Source: Candidatus Zambryskiibacteriota bacterium (GTDB lineage: Bacteria > Patescibacteriota > Minisyncoccia > Phycocordibacterales > WO2-35-19). Taken from it: 64,000 bases of DNA. Under the pieces are notes generated by a model that worked only from the letters and a program-made list of their open reading frames with translations, was not told the origin of the DNA and did not search any database. The stretch is from positions 442-64,441 of the forward strand of contig QILQ01000043.1 in the NCBI GenBank assembly GCA_003233455.1. Direction: 5' to 3'. The position numbers and the translations under genes were made by a program. Of this stretch, positions 38,474 to 47,931 are shown piece after piece (within the stretch, counting starts at the first letter, position 1; each line of letters starts with the position of its first letter).

Positions 38474-38893
38474 ATGTTATTTCCTAAAAAAATTAAACAT
38501 AGAAAGTGGCAAACTATGCGCAAGAATCCTAAAAAAGTCGGACCGGCAACTCGTGGCATCAAAGTATCTTTTGGGTCGTATGGTCTTAAAGCAATGACTC
38601 CTGGCAGAATTACTTCCAATCAGATTGAATCTGCCAGAAAAGCCATAACTAAATCTATAAGTAAAACTGGTAGAGTTTGGATACGCATTTTTCCTGATAT
38701 GCCTTTTACCAAAAAACCGGCGGAAGTGAAGATGGGTAAAGGTAAGGGAGATTTAGAGGGATATCACGCTAAAGTTTTATCTGGACAAATTATATTTGAA
38801 GTTGATGGAGCCTCAAATTCTTTATCTATTGAGTCTTTGCGTAAAGGTGGCACCAAGATGCCAATAAAAACTAGAATTGTGGCTCGCAATTAA
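38474..38893 (+). CDS. rplP: 50S ribosomal protein L16
   Basis: KHRKWQ...GRI family signature. Confidence 0.9.
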   Translation: MLFPKKIKHRKWQTMRKNPKKVGPATRGIKVSFGSYGLKAMTPGRITSNQIESARKAITKSISKTGRVWIRIFPDMPFTKKPAEVKMGKGKGDLEGYHAKVLSGQIIFEVDGASNSLSIESLRKGGTKMPIKTRIVARN

Positions 38894-38906
38894 AATATTT
38901 AATTAA

Positions 38907-39089
38907 ATGAAAAAAGGATTATTAAAAAAGAATAAAGATGATTTAATGAAAGAATTAGACGAAAAACGTCTTTCTTTGCGCGATATTAGATTTGGTATTG
39001 CTGGAAGTAAAAGTAAAAATGTTAAAGAACAAAAAACAATAAAAAAAGATATTGCCAGAATAATGACTGAATTAAGAATTATGAATTAA
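38907..39089 (+). CDS. rpmC: 50S ribosomal protein L29
   Basis: Size, position, ELRxxxxxELxxxLxxLRF pattern. Confidence 0.8.
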   Translation: MKKGLLKKNKDDLMKELDEKRLSLRDIRFGIAGSKSKNVKEQKTIKKDIARIMTELRIMN

Positions 39090-39094
39090 GAATT

Positions 39095-39367
39095 ATGAAT
39101 GAAAAAAAAGAAAAAAAGAATATAAATAAGGAAAAGAAAACAAACGGTAAAATTTTAAGCGGAGTAGTAATATCGGCTAAAATGCGAGATACTTGTACTG
39201 TTTTGGTTAGCAGATTTATAAAGCATAAAAAATACAGAAAATATTATAAAGTAAGCAAAAAATATAAAGCGCATGATGCTGGCAATATTAAAAAAGTGAG
39301 AGATAAAGTTAAGATAATGGAATGTCGCCCCATTTCTAAAGATAAACATTTTATGATAATAAATTAA
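39095..39367 (+). CDS. rpsQ: 30S ribosomal protein S17
   Basis: GVVISAKMRDTCTVLV...KYKAHD pattern. Confidence 0.85.
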   Translation: MNEKKEKKNINKEKKTNGKILSGVVISAKMRDTCTVLVSRFIKHKKYRKYYKVSKKYKAHDAGNIKKVRDKVKIMECRPISKDKHFMIIN

Positions 39368-39373
39368 AAAATT

Positions 39374-39751
39374 ATGATTCAGCCCCAAACAATAATAAAA
39401 ATAGCGGATAATTCAGGTGCCAAATTGGGGCGAGTATTTAAGGTATTGGGTAGTTCTAAAAAAAGATACGCCAGAGTGGGAGAGTTGGTTATCTTTTCTG
39501 TTCAAAAGGCAGAGCCCCGCAAAGAAATTAAAAAGAAAGCGGTGCTTTTGGGTTTAATTGTTCGCCAAAAAGCTCCACTTAGAAGAAAAGACGGTTCTTA
39601 TATTCGTTTTGATGAAAATGCGGCTGTTGTGGTAGAGCGAAAAAAAGGCGAGATTATTCCCAAAGCCGGAAGAATATTTGGTCCGATACCGAGAGAAATC
39701 GCTGAAGCGGGATATCAAGCTATTGTTTCTTTGGCACCTGAAATAATTTAG
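39374..39751 (+). CDS. rplN: 50S ribosomal protein L14
   Basis: MIQPQTIIKIADNSGAK. Confidence 0.9.
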   Translation: MIQPQTIIKIADNSGAKLGRVFKVLGSSKKRYARVGELVIFSVQKAEPRKEIKKKAVLLGLIVRQKAPLRRKDGSYIRFDENAAVVVERKKGEIIPKAGRIFGPIPREIAEAGYQAIVSLAPEII

Positions 39752-39865
39752 TTAAACATACAAATATGCAAATGATGCAAATGATACAAATGAATGCTAA
39801 TCCATATCCAAATTATATTCGTAGTTATTCGTTGATTAGTATAATTAGTAGATTGGTATATTAAA
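39752..39865. repeat. ~115-bp element copy 2, starts at rplN stop codon
   Basis: See 37290-37405. Confidence 0.7.
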
Positions 39866-39868
39866 TTT

Positions 39869-40093
39869 ATGAAAATCAAAAAAGGAGACAAAGTAAAAAT
39901 AATAACAGGTAAAGACAAAGGTAAAACAGGTGTTGTTTTAAAAGCGTATCCTAAAGATTTTTTAGTATTGGTTGAAAATATAAACAAGAAAAAAATTCAT
40001 CAAAAACCGAGAAAACAAGGAGAAAAAGGTAAAATAATAGAACAATCAGCACCGATACATGTATCAAATGTTAAAAAGATTAAGGATAAGTAA
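39869..40093 (+). CDS. rplX: 50S ribosomal protein L24 (short form)
   Basis: [25 protein letters not shown] motif. Confidence 0.75.
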   Translation: MKIKKGDKVKIITGKDKGKTGVVLKAYPKDFLVLVENINKKKIHQKPRKQGEKGKIIEQSAPIHVSNVKKIKDK

Positions 40094-40096
40094 AAT

Positions 40097-40145
40097 AATA
40101 ACCCCACCTCAACCCCTTCCCAAAGAGGAGGGGCGAAAAGAGGAG
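40097..40145. repeat. Degenerate CCCCACCTCAACCCCTTCC...GAGGAGGGG palindromic repeat
   Basis: Family member between rplX and rplE. Confidence 0.45.
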
Positions 40146-40167
40146 AATAAAGATAACAAAAATCAAA

Positions 40168-40716
40168 ATGAAATTAATGAAAGAAAAAACAAAAGAAGCT
40201 TTTAAAGAACTCAAAAAACAATTGGGTTTAAAAAATATTATGCAATCTCCGAAAATTGTTAAAGTGGTTATCAATTCCGGAGTTGGTTCTCTTAGCGATA
40301 AAAAGAAAATAGATATGATAATAGACAGACTGGCTAAAATAACCGGTCAAAAAGCCATTAAAAGAGGAGCTAAGAAATCGGTTGCTTCTTTTAAATTAAG
40401 AGAAGGAGATATTGTTGGAGTTCAAATTACTTTACGAGGAGAAAAGATGTGGAGTTTTTTAGACCGTCTTTTTAGTATCGCTTTGCCTCGGACTAAAGAT
40501 TTTAGAGGTATTTCTCTTAAAGCAATAGATGAAATGGGTAATTATACTCTGGCTATCAGAGAACATACTGTATTTCCGGAAACTTCAGATGAAGATTTAA
40601 AGGATATTTTTAGTTTTGCCGTTACTATTGTCACAAATTTAAAAGGCAAAAATGAAGCTTTGGAATTTTTTAAGGCTCTTAGTTTTCCTTTTAAAAAAGC
40701 TACGACCAAAAAATAA
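40168..40716 (+). CDS. rplE: 50S ribosomal protein L5
   Basis: L5 family blocks. Confidence 0.9.
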   Translation: MKLMKEKTKEAFKELKKQLGLKNIMQSPKIVKVVINSGVGSLSDKKKIDMIIDRLAKITGQKAIKRGAKKSVASFKLREGDIVGVQITLRGEKMWSFLDRLFSIALPRTKDFRGISLKAIDEMGNYTLAIREHTVFPETSDEDLKDIFSFAVTIVTNLKGKNEALEFFKALSFPFKKATTKK

Positions 40717-40778
40717 ATAAACTTTAAAAAAGTCCTTACGTCCGTCCTTACGTCCGTAAGTACTTTTTTAGTATGTGA

Positions 40779-41243
40779 TTGAAATCTTTCCAAAGAGATG
40801 ATAAATTGTTAGTAATTATGGTTATAGATATAGAGCTTACTCTAAATAAATTTGGATTTGGGAAGATTGCTGAAAATAAATTTCAACTGTTTTGGTTGAG
40901 GTTTTCTAAATGGAAGATTCCCAACAAACATTCCATTGATTTAGGAAGAAAAAATGATTATAAGCTAAATTGGTGTGGGGATAAAAATGTGATATACTGT
41001 AAGTCTATGATTCAAAATTATATTGAAAATTACTTAAATAAAGCCCAATACGAAATGATAGATGGTGGAAAGAAATTTTATGCGGAAATAAAAAATTTGC
41101 GTGGTGTTTGGGCTACAGGAAAAACCCTTGAAGAATGTCGACGAAATTTAGCTAATACAATTGAAGGGTGGTTGATTTTAAGATTAAAGAAAAATCTCAC
41201 TATTCCAAACTTTAAAGTACCGAGTGTTCGTTTAAAAGTATAA
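40779..41243 (+). CDS. HicB-like antitoxin (extended N-terminus)
   Basis: C-terminal FYAEIKNLRGVWATGKTLEECRRNLANTIEGWL matches HicB core. Confidence 0.5.
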   Translation: MKSFQRDDKLLVIMVIDIELTLNKFGFGKIAENKFQLFWLRFSKWKIPNKHSIDLGRKNDYKLNWCGDKNVIYCKSMIQNYIENYLNKAQYEMIDGGKKFYAEIKNLRGVWATGKTLEECRRNLANTIEGWLILRLKKNLTIPNFKVPSVRLKV

Positions 41244-41249
41244 ATTTAT

Positions 41250-41471
41250 ATGTCTAAATTAGGTCCAATATCATGGATCAAGTTTGTAAGAAGAATGAGA
41301 GTTCTTAATTTTAGTGGACCATATCAAGAAGGCAAGCATCCATACATGATAAAAGGTAATCTTTCTATTACTATTCCAAATCCTCATGAGAGGGATATTG
41401 GTGTAGATTTATTAATTCGTATTTTAAGACAAGCGGGAATTTCTAGATTAGTTTGGATGAAATTTAAGTAA
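41250..41471 (+). CDS. hicA: HicA-family toxin
   Basis: ...KHPYMIKGNLSITIPNPHERDIGVDLLIRILRQAGIS matches HicA. Confidence 0.55.
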   Translation: MSKLGPISWIKFVRRMRVLNFSGPYQEGKHPYMIKGNLSITIPNPHERDIGVDLLIRILRQAGISRLVWMKFK

Positions 41472-41499
41472 TTTTATTTAAAATTATACATTAAAAATT

Positions 41500-41668
41500 G
41501 CAATTTTTTACGGTCGTGTTATAAACCAGATTGTTGAGGCAGGAATGACCGAGGTAAGGCTGTGTGAGTATCAGGATATACATATGGTAGCCGGACTTTT
41601 CAGAAAAGCTCTGCTCTAGCCTAAACGAGGTTGCAATCGAAAGACGCAACCCCTTCTTTTTTATTTTA
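41500..41668 (+). ncRNA. Candidate small RNA / structured 3' region ending in a rho-independent terminator (GGTTGC..GCAACC + U-tract)
   Basis: 170-nt non-coding segment with internal complementarity; identity not established. Confidence 0.2.
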
Positions 41669-41671
41669 AAT

Positions 41672-41706
41672 ACTATACAAACGGGACGATCGTCCCAAGT
41701 GTGTAG
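41672..41706. terminator. Second copy of TATACAAACGGGACGATCGTCCC palindrome (bidirectional terminator candidate, comFC / hicBA)
   Basis: Matches 19685-19720 palindrome. Confidence 0.45.
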
Positions 41707-41723
41707 TGTTAAATATTTGAATT

Positions 41724-42386
41724 TTAATGAGCGATGAATAAACCAACTACTCTTTTAGCACCAGCAGAAACCAAAGCACGACGAGCTTCAAGTAAAGAAG
41801 CTCCGGTAGTGTAAACATCATCTAAAATTATTATTGTTCTATTTTTTAAATTTTTATCTGAATGCATTGATTTTTTTAGGTTCTTCATTCTTTCTTCTCT
41901 GTTCAATTTAGTTTGTCTTTTTGTTTCTCTTACTTTTTTTAAAGTATTATAAGAAACTTCCATATTATCGCCACTTAATTTTTTTATTTCTCCGCAAAGT
42001 TCTTCGCATTGATTAAATCCTCTTTTTCTTTTTTCTTTTCTACTCATTGGCATAGGAACTAAAAGAGGTAGGGTTCCTTCAAAAAGAGCAATTTCAGAAG
42101 AGATATCCATTAATTCTTCGTTTAGATAAACAGCCACTCTTTTTCTTAAAGCGGCATTATTTTTATATTTTATAAATTTTATTATTAACTTAACTATTTT
42201 GTTATTATAATCAAACAAAACAAAAATATCTTTTGAATAAACAGGCGATTTAGCTAAAAGATTTCGCATTGTTTCTGTGGGGAGTTCTAAAAGTTTTTTG
42301 ATTTTTATATCTTCTGGTGCCAGAGCATTTACTATGATTTCTAAAATTTTTTTTATCCAGTTTATAACTGACTTTAACATAAACAT
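41724..42386 (-). CDS. comFC: ComF-family protein (phosphoribosyltransferase domain)
   Basis: IILDDVYTTGASL PRTase motif. Confidence 0.7.
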   Translation of the reverse strand: MFMLKSVINWIKKILEIIVNALAPEDIKIKKLLELPTETMRNLLAKSPVYSKDIFVLFDYNNKIVKLIIKFIKYKNNAALRKRVAVYLNEELMDISSEIALFEGTLPLLVPMPMSRKEKRKRGFNQCEELCGEIKKLSGDNMEVSYNTLKKVRETKRQTKLNREERMKNLKKSMHSDKNLKNRTIIILDDVYTTGASLLEARRALVSAGAKRVVGLFIAH

Positions 42387-42437
42387 TATGATACAATTAT
42401 AGTCTAATTAGAGAAAACTTTGTAACTATTATATGAT

Positions 42438-43547
42438 ATGAGTTTTATTTCCGATATTTTTAAAAAGAAAAAAGTAAGTGCTTTAGGTATTGATATAGGT
42501 TCCTCTTCTATAAAGATAGTTCAACTTCAAAAAAAAGGAAGTAAAGCGATATTGGAAACATATGGGGAACTTTCTTTAGGTCCTTATAGCGGAGTTTCAG
42601 TTGGTCAATCCACTAATTTGCCTGTTGAAAAAATAATACAAGCAATGAATGATTTACTTAATGAAAAAGAAGTCGCCATTACCACTAAATTTTGCGGTTT
42701 AGCTATTCCTTTCAAAGCAAGTTTACTCTCAATTATACAAATGCCAGATATAGGACAAAAAGAATTGACTTCTATGGTGCCGATAGAAGCTCGCAAATAT
42801 ATACCGGTGCCGATATCGGATGTTACCATTGATTGGTCTATTGTGCCTAAATCTGAAGTGGTAGAAGATTCTTCTAAAGAAAAAACAGATAAAAATAAAG
42901 TAAAAACCGTAGATATTTTATTGGTAGCTATTCATAATAATATTATCAATCAATATAAAGAAATTGTCTCTAAAACTCAACTTAACGCTAAATTTTTTGA
43001 GATAGAAGTCTTTAGTTCAATGAGAGCTATTCTTGAAGGCATCAAAGGTCCTATTATGATTTTTGATATGGGAGCTTCAACTACTAAATTGTATGTGGTG
43101 GATAGGGGTTTAGTTCAAAATTCACACACCATAAATCAAGGTTCTCAGGATATAACTTCAAATATTGCCAGAGTTTTAAATGTTTCAACAGAAGAAGCGG
43201 AAGTTATAAAAAGATCTGTTGGTATGGGTAAAACTGTGGATGGAGTAGATCTTTCAGAAATGGTATTAGTGATTGCTGGCAATATTTTTGCTGAAGCGAA
43301 TAGATTTCTTTTTGATTTTCAAAAGAAAAAAAATAAAAATATAAAATCAGTATTTTTGACTGGTGGCGGTTCAGCTCTTTTGGGTTTTAGAGATTTGGCT
43401 GCTCAAAATTTTAAAGTGGAAGTAATTTCCGCGGACCCTTTTGAAAAAGTGGAAACTCCCGCCTTTTTGGAAAATATACTTAAAGTAACAGGTCCTGAAT
43501 TTACCGTGGCTGTCGGCGCCGCTCTTCGTTGTTTGGAAGAGATTTAA
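42438..43547 (+). CDS. pilM: Type IV pilus assembly protein PilM (actin-like ATPase fold)
   Basis: ALGIDIGSSSIKIVQL N-terminus. Confidence 0.75.
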   Translation: MSFISDIFKKKKVSALGIDIGSSSIKIVQLQKKGSKAILETYGELSLGPYSGVSVGQSTNLPVEKIIQAMNDLLNEKEVAITTKFCGLAIPFKASLLSIIQMPDIGQKELTSMVPIEARKYIPVPISDVTIDWSIVPKSEVVEDSSKEKTDKNKVKTVDILLVAIHNNIINQYKEIVSKTQLNAKFFEIEVFSSMRAILEGIKGPIMIFDMGASTTKLYVVDRGLVQNSHTINQGSQDITSNIARVLNVSTEEAEVIKRSVGMGKTVDGVDLSEMVLVIAGNIFAEANRFLFDFQKKKNKNIKSVFLTGGGSALLGFRDLAAQNFKVEVISADPFEKVETPAFLENILKVTGPEFTVAVGAALRCLEEI

Positions 43548-43648
43548 TTATATTTATATTATTTTAGTATGAAGAATAAAAATGGGATGTAGGAATTATT
43601 AACATAATCTATTGACAGATTGGCTACTTTGGCTATAATAGCTATTAT

Positions 43649-43903
43649 ATGAATCAAATAACATTTACAGCAAAAGAAGCAAAAAATAATTTTGGTAGGC
43701 TTTTAGATGAAGCTCGTCGTTCTCCTGTGGCTATAAACAAAAACGGCAGAAAAGTTGCTTTTGTGGTTTCTTATGAAGATTTTTCTCAATTTGAAGGAAT
43801 GGTAGATTCTTATTGGGGCAAAAAAGCTAAAACGGCAATAAAAAAAGGATATCTGACTGTTGCTGAAAGTAAAAAATTTGTAGATTCTATTTTAAATGCT
43901 TAA
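43649..43903 (+). CDS. Phd/YefM-family antitoxin
   Basis: N-terminal ITFTAKEAKNNFGRLLDEARRSPVAINKNGRKVAFVVSYEDF typical of Phd/YefM. Confidence 0.55.
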   Translation: MNQITFTAKEAKNNFGRLLDEARRSPVAINKNGRKVAFVVSYEDFSQFEGMVDSYWGKKAKTAIKKGYLTVAESKKFVDSILNA

Positions 43904-44168
43904 TATTAGATTTTCAAAATTATCAAAGAAATTTGTAGAAAGAGTTCCAATAAAACACAGAAGACAAATTGTTGAAAAATCTGTAAGTCTAAAAAATAAT
44001 CCTCTACCTTCGGATAGTAGGGCTATGAAGGGATTTCCGGGTTATTTTCGTGTTGATATTGGGGAATATAGGATTATTTATACAATTTCAGAATCTAAAA
44101 TAAATATTGAACTAATTGGTAAAAGAAACGACGACGAAGTTTATCGTAAATTTAAAAGACTTATGTGA
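43896..44168 (+). CDS. RelE/ParE-family toxin
   Basis: GYFRVDIGEYRIIYTI...IELIGKRNDDEVY; 8-nt overlap with antitoxin. Confidence 0.65.
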   Translation: MLNIRFSKLSKKFVERVPIKHRRQIVEKSVSLKNNPLPSDSRAMKGFPGYFRVDIGEYRIIYTISESKINIELIGKRNDDEVYRKFKRLM

Positions 44169-44239
44169 TTAGTAACTGAAGTAATCAACAATATTTGTTT
44201 ACACTTGTGCGGGTTTATGAAGTATAATTAAAATAAATT

Positions 44240-44812
44240 ATGGCACCAAACTTTCAATCATCATTCATACCCAAAGGACCGGTTACTCAAGAGGTTTTTA
44301 AAAAGAAAAAAACCAGTTTGTTTGGTATTTTAGTAATTTTTTTGTTTATCGCCTCAATAATCATTTCTATCGGTCTGTTTGTTTACAAAGGTATTGTTAA
44401 AAATGATATTAAAAATCTTCAATCTCAACTAACTGTGGCAGAAACAAAAATAGATAGAAAAGAAATCAATGAGATGTCTCAATTTAGCAAAAAATTAGGT
44501 TTTACCAAGTTAATTATTTCCAAACATCAAGTAGTTTCAAATTTTATGGACACTTTAGCTTCTTCTACTGTTAGCTCGGTTTATTTTGATGATTTTAATT
44601 ATGATAATTTGAAAAAAGGCAATAATTTGACTGTTGTTTTGCATGGCAAGGCTACTGATTATGCGAGTGTCGCTTTACAAGAAAATGTATTTTCTCAAAA
44701 TAAATATTTTAAATCGGTAACATTTTCCAATCTGACTTTAACAGACAAAGGTCTTGTTTCTTTTGATTTAACCATTTCTGTTGACCCACGAATTTCTGTT
44801 TATTCTCCGTAA
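44240..44812 (+). CDS. PilN-like bitopic pilus assembly protein
   Basis: Single N-terminal TM + coiled coil; position after pilM. Confidence 0.4.
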   Translation: MAPNFQSSFIPKGPVTQEVFKKKKTSLFGILVIFLFIASIIISIGLFVYKGIVKNDIKNLQSQLTVAETKIDRKEINEMSQFSKKLGFTKLIISKHQVVSNFMDTLASSTVSSVYFDDFNYDNLKKGNNLTVVLHGKATDYASVALQENVFSQNKYFKSVTFSNLTLTDKGLVSFDLTISVDPRISVYSP

Positions 44813-44834
44813 TTTATAATATTAAAATTAAAAT

Positions 44835-45383
44835 ATGAGTAATACTTCAATAATCGCATATCTGATATTAACTCTCTCAATAGGGTATGCTTTTATTTAT
44901 CCCGCAACGGGGAATTTGTCTGTTCTTATGAAGGAAAAACAAAAATATAATGACTCTTTGGAAACAGTTAGCAATATTAAGAATAAAAAAAGTGAATTAT
45001 TAACCAAATTTAATAATATATCTGTTGCTGATAAAAAAAATATAAATATTATCTTGCCAAACTCTTTGAATTTTGTGAAGTTAATCTCTCAAATTGACGC
45101 GGTGGCAGCGAATTATAACATATCAATAGATAAAGTTACTTCAAAAAAAACAGCTCCCGCTAGCGGAAAATCAATAGGAGAGAAACAACCCCCTAAAACA
45201 TATGATTCGGCGATTATCGGATTTTCATTTATCGCTCCTTACAACAAATTTAGTAATTTTATGGATGATTTAGAGAAGAGTCTGCGTATTTTAGATATAA
45301 GGTCTGTAAAATTAAAGACTCAAGAAAATGGAAATTACTCATATAATGTTGAATTTGAAACTTATTGGCTTAAACCATCATGA
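44835..45383 (+). CDS. PilO-like pilus assembly protein
   Basis: N-terminal TM, position. Confidence 0.4.
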   Translation: MSNTSIIAYLILTLSIGYAFIYPATGNLSVLMKEKQKYNDSLETVSNIKNKKSELLTKFNNISVADKKNINIILPNSLNFVKLISQIDAVAANYNISIDKVTSKKTAPASGKSIGEKQPPKTYDSAIIGFSFIAPYNKFSNFMDDLEKSLRILDIRSVKLKTQENGNYSYNVEFETYWLKPS

Positions 45384-45703
45384 AAAATAAAAACTCAAAA
45401 AATAAACACACCTCTATTTTAATTATAATCCTTTTAGGACTCTTAATTATAGCTTATAAAATTATGTTTATTTCACCTAATGAAAATTTAATTACTGATG
45501 AAAATACTGTCGCTAGTGTGAGAGCGACAGCTATCCTGCAAGAAATTAAAGATATGAATTTTGATACAAATGTGGTAAATAATCCTAAATTCAAATCTCT
45601 AAAAAGTATTGAAGCTCCATTATTTTCTCTACCTATTGGAAGAAAAAATCCGTTTGCCAGCAATTCCATTTCTAATTCCATTTCTAATTCCATTTCTAAT
45701 TAA
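45380..45703 (+). CDS. Hypothetical membrane-anchored protein with C-terminal NSIS x3 repeat (12-bp tandem DNA repeat 45661-45700)
   Basis: TM segment; tandem repeat visible. Confidence 0.3.
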   Translation: MKNKNSKNKHTSILIIILLGLLIIAYKIMFISPNENLITDENTVASVRATAILQEIKDMNFDTNVVNNPKFKSLKSIEAPLFSLPIGRKNPFASNSISNSISNSISN

Positions 45704-45712
45704 CATTTCATT

Positions 45713-47482
45713 ATGAGTATTTTAGATATTCTTGTAAAACAGGGTGTAATTGAAACTAAAGACCTTTCTTCTATAAAAGGAAAAACAAACTCTTCCAGAA
45801 AAGACATAGAAGAAAGTTTAGTGTCTTTGGGAATTAGCGAAGAAGATATTTTAAGAGCCAAAGCTGAATATTATTCTATGCCCATTAAAAAAGTTGATAT
45901 ATCGCTTATAACCAGCAAAGCACTTGATTATATTCCGGAAGAAGCCGCGGTTTATTATCAATTTGTGCCTATGGGGGTAAACGATGGCGTTTTGGAAGTT
46001 GGAGTGGTGGATCCGGATAATATTTCAGCTCGTGACGCTTTAAATTTTATATCATCTAAAGTAAATTTACCGTTTAAAACTTTTATTATTTCTCAAGATA
46101 ATTTTGATGAAATTATAAAATTATATAAAGGTTTGTCCGGCGAGGTAACTAAAGCTCTATCCGAACTTGAAACTGAATTCGTAAATGATTCTAAAGAAAA
46201 TAATAAAAAATCAAAAGAAAGTAAAAAAGTGAGTTTAACGGCAACTTCTGGCGATAATGAAAATGATTTAAGTGCTTCCGAAAACAAAGGCACTAAAATT
46301 ATTGAAAATGCTCCAGTTACCAAAATAGTAGCCACTATTTTAAGATACGCTATTGACGGTAGGGCATCCGATATTCACATAGAACCGACTGCTTCAAATG
46401 TAAAAGTTCGGTTTAGAGTGGATGGTATTATGAATACCAGTATTGTTCTTCCTTTAAGAGTTCATAGTGCTATTGTGGCCAGAATTAAAATTATGTCTAA
46501 TATGAGGCTTGACGAGAAAAGAAAACCTCAAGATGGTAGATTTAGTGCGAAATTAAATGAAAGAAAAGTGGATTTTAGAGTGTCTACTTTCCCAACTTAT
46601 TTTGGTGAAAAAGTGGTTATACGTATTTTGGACCAAGAAAAAGGAATTCGTAAATTAAGTGAACTTGGCTTAAGTAAAAGAAATCTGGAACTGATTATGG
46701 ATGCCATAAAACTGCCTTATGGTCTTATTCTTATATCCGGTCCAACCGGTTCGGGAAAATCTACTACTTTATATTCTATGATGAACGAAGTTGATAGAGA
46801 CCATAAAAATGTGCTTTCTCTTGAAGACCCGATTGAATATAATATGGAAGGTATGAGTCAATCGCAAGTTATGCCGGAAATAGGTTATACTTTTGCTTCC
46901 GGTCTTCGGACTACTCTTCGTCAGGATCCGGATATTATAATGGTGGGTGAGATAAGAGATAAAGAAACAGCTCAACTTGCGATTCAAGCGGCACTTACTG
47001 GACATTTGGTTTTTTCCACTATTCATACCAATACCGCTATAGGAGTAATACCTCGTCTTATTGATATGGGTATAGATCCTTATCTTATCGCTCCCACTTT
47101 GGTATTGGCTATTGCTCAACGATTGGTCAGATCATTTTGCCCAGGAGCGGGCAAGCCGATTAAAGTTGATGCTAGTATTGAAATAATGATATCTAAACAA
47201 CTTGAAGATTTACCTGAAGAATATAAAAAAGAAATTCCAATTGGAAAAGAAGTTTATGAAATTTCTCCGGCTCCCAATTGTCCAAGCGGAGTTAAAGGTA
47301 GAGTGGCGGTAATGGAAGTGCTTAAAGTTGATAAAAAAATGGAACAAATCATTCTTAAAAATCCGACTGAACAAGAAATTTGGAAATATGCCAGAGCTAA
47401 AGGTATGCTTACAATGAAAGATGACGCCTTAATAAAAGTTTTCAATAAAATTATTCCTTTTGAAGAATATAATAGTTTATAG
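45713..47482 (+). CDS. pilB: Type IV pilus assembly ATPase PilB (GspE family)
   Basis: N-terminal T2SSE_N domain, Walker A GPTGSGKSTT, Asp/His boxes. Confidence 0.9.
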   Translation: MSILDILVKQGVIETKDLSSIKGKTNSSRKDIEESLVSLGISEEDILRAKAEYYSMPIKKVDISLITSKALDYIPEEAAVYYQFVPMGVNDGVLEVGVVDPDNISARDALNFISSKVNLPFKTFIISQDNFDEIIKLYKGLSGEVTKALSELETEFVNDSKENNKKSKESKKVSLTATSGDNENDLSASENKGTKIIENAPVTKIVATILRYAIDGRASDIHIEPTASNVKVRFRVDGIMNTSIVLPLRVHSAIVARIKIMSNMRLDEKRKPQDGRFSAKLNERKVDFRVSTFPTYFGEKVVIRILDQEKGIRKLSELGLSKRNLELIMDAIKLPYGLILISGPTGSGKSTTLYSMMNEVDRDHKNVLSLEDPIEYNMEGMSQSQVMPEIGYTFASGLRTTLRQDPDIIMVGEIRDKETAQLAIQAALTGHLVFSTIHTNTAIGVIPRLIDMGIDPYLIAPTLVLAIAQRLVRSFCPGAGKPIKVDASIEIMISKQLEDLPEEYKKEIPIGKEVYEISPAPNCPSGVKGRVAVMEVLKVDKKMEQIILKNPTEQEIWKYARAKGMLTMKDDALIKVFNKIIPFEEYNSL

Positions 47483-47504
47483 GATGGCGATATAAACTAT
47501 ATCA

Positions 47505-47921
47505 ATGTATAATAATATTATGTCTGAAGAAGCAGAAAAAAAATATAAAATAATAATGGTTGATGATGATGATTTTTTAGTCAATATGTATACCGCTAAA
47601 TTTAATCGCAATAATGTTTTGGTAGATGGTTGCGTTTCGGGAGAATCTTTGCTAGAAAAATTGAGGGACGGGATAAAAGCGGATCTTATACTTCTGGATA
47701 TTATAATGCCAAATATGAGTGGTATAGAAACTTTGGCAAAAATGCGTCAAGCGGAATTAGCGAAAGAGATTCCGGTGGTAATGTTAACAAATCAAAATAA
47801 TGAAAAAAATATAGAAGAGGCTAAAAAACTTGGTGTCGCCGGTTATATAATTAAATCAGCAATTACGCCATCTGAAGTGATAAAAAAAGTTATAGCTATT
47901 ATAAAAAATTCACAAACCTAA
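47505..47921 (+). CDS. CheY-like receiver domain protein (PilH/PilG-like) within pilus locus
   Basis: MVDDDD...LLDIIMP...K receiver motifs. Confidence 0.7.
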   Translation: MYNNIMSEEAEKKYKIIMVDDDDFLVNMYTAKFNRNNVLVDGCVSGESLLEKLRDGIKADLILLDIIMPNMSGIETLAKMRQAELAKEIPVVMLTNQNNEKNIEEAKKLGVAGYIIKSAITPSEVIKKVIAIIKNSQT

Positions 47922-47931
47922 TTTTATTTTT

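Noticed and set aside
41500-41668. SRP (4.5S) RNA assignment
   Set aside because: It lacks the conserved domain IV (GGAA tetraloop with flanking symmetric loop); no match by eye.
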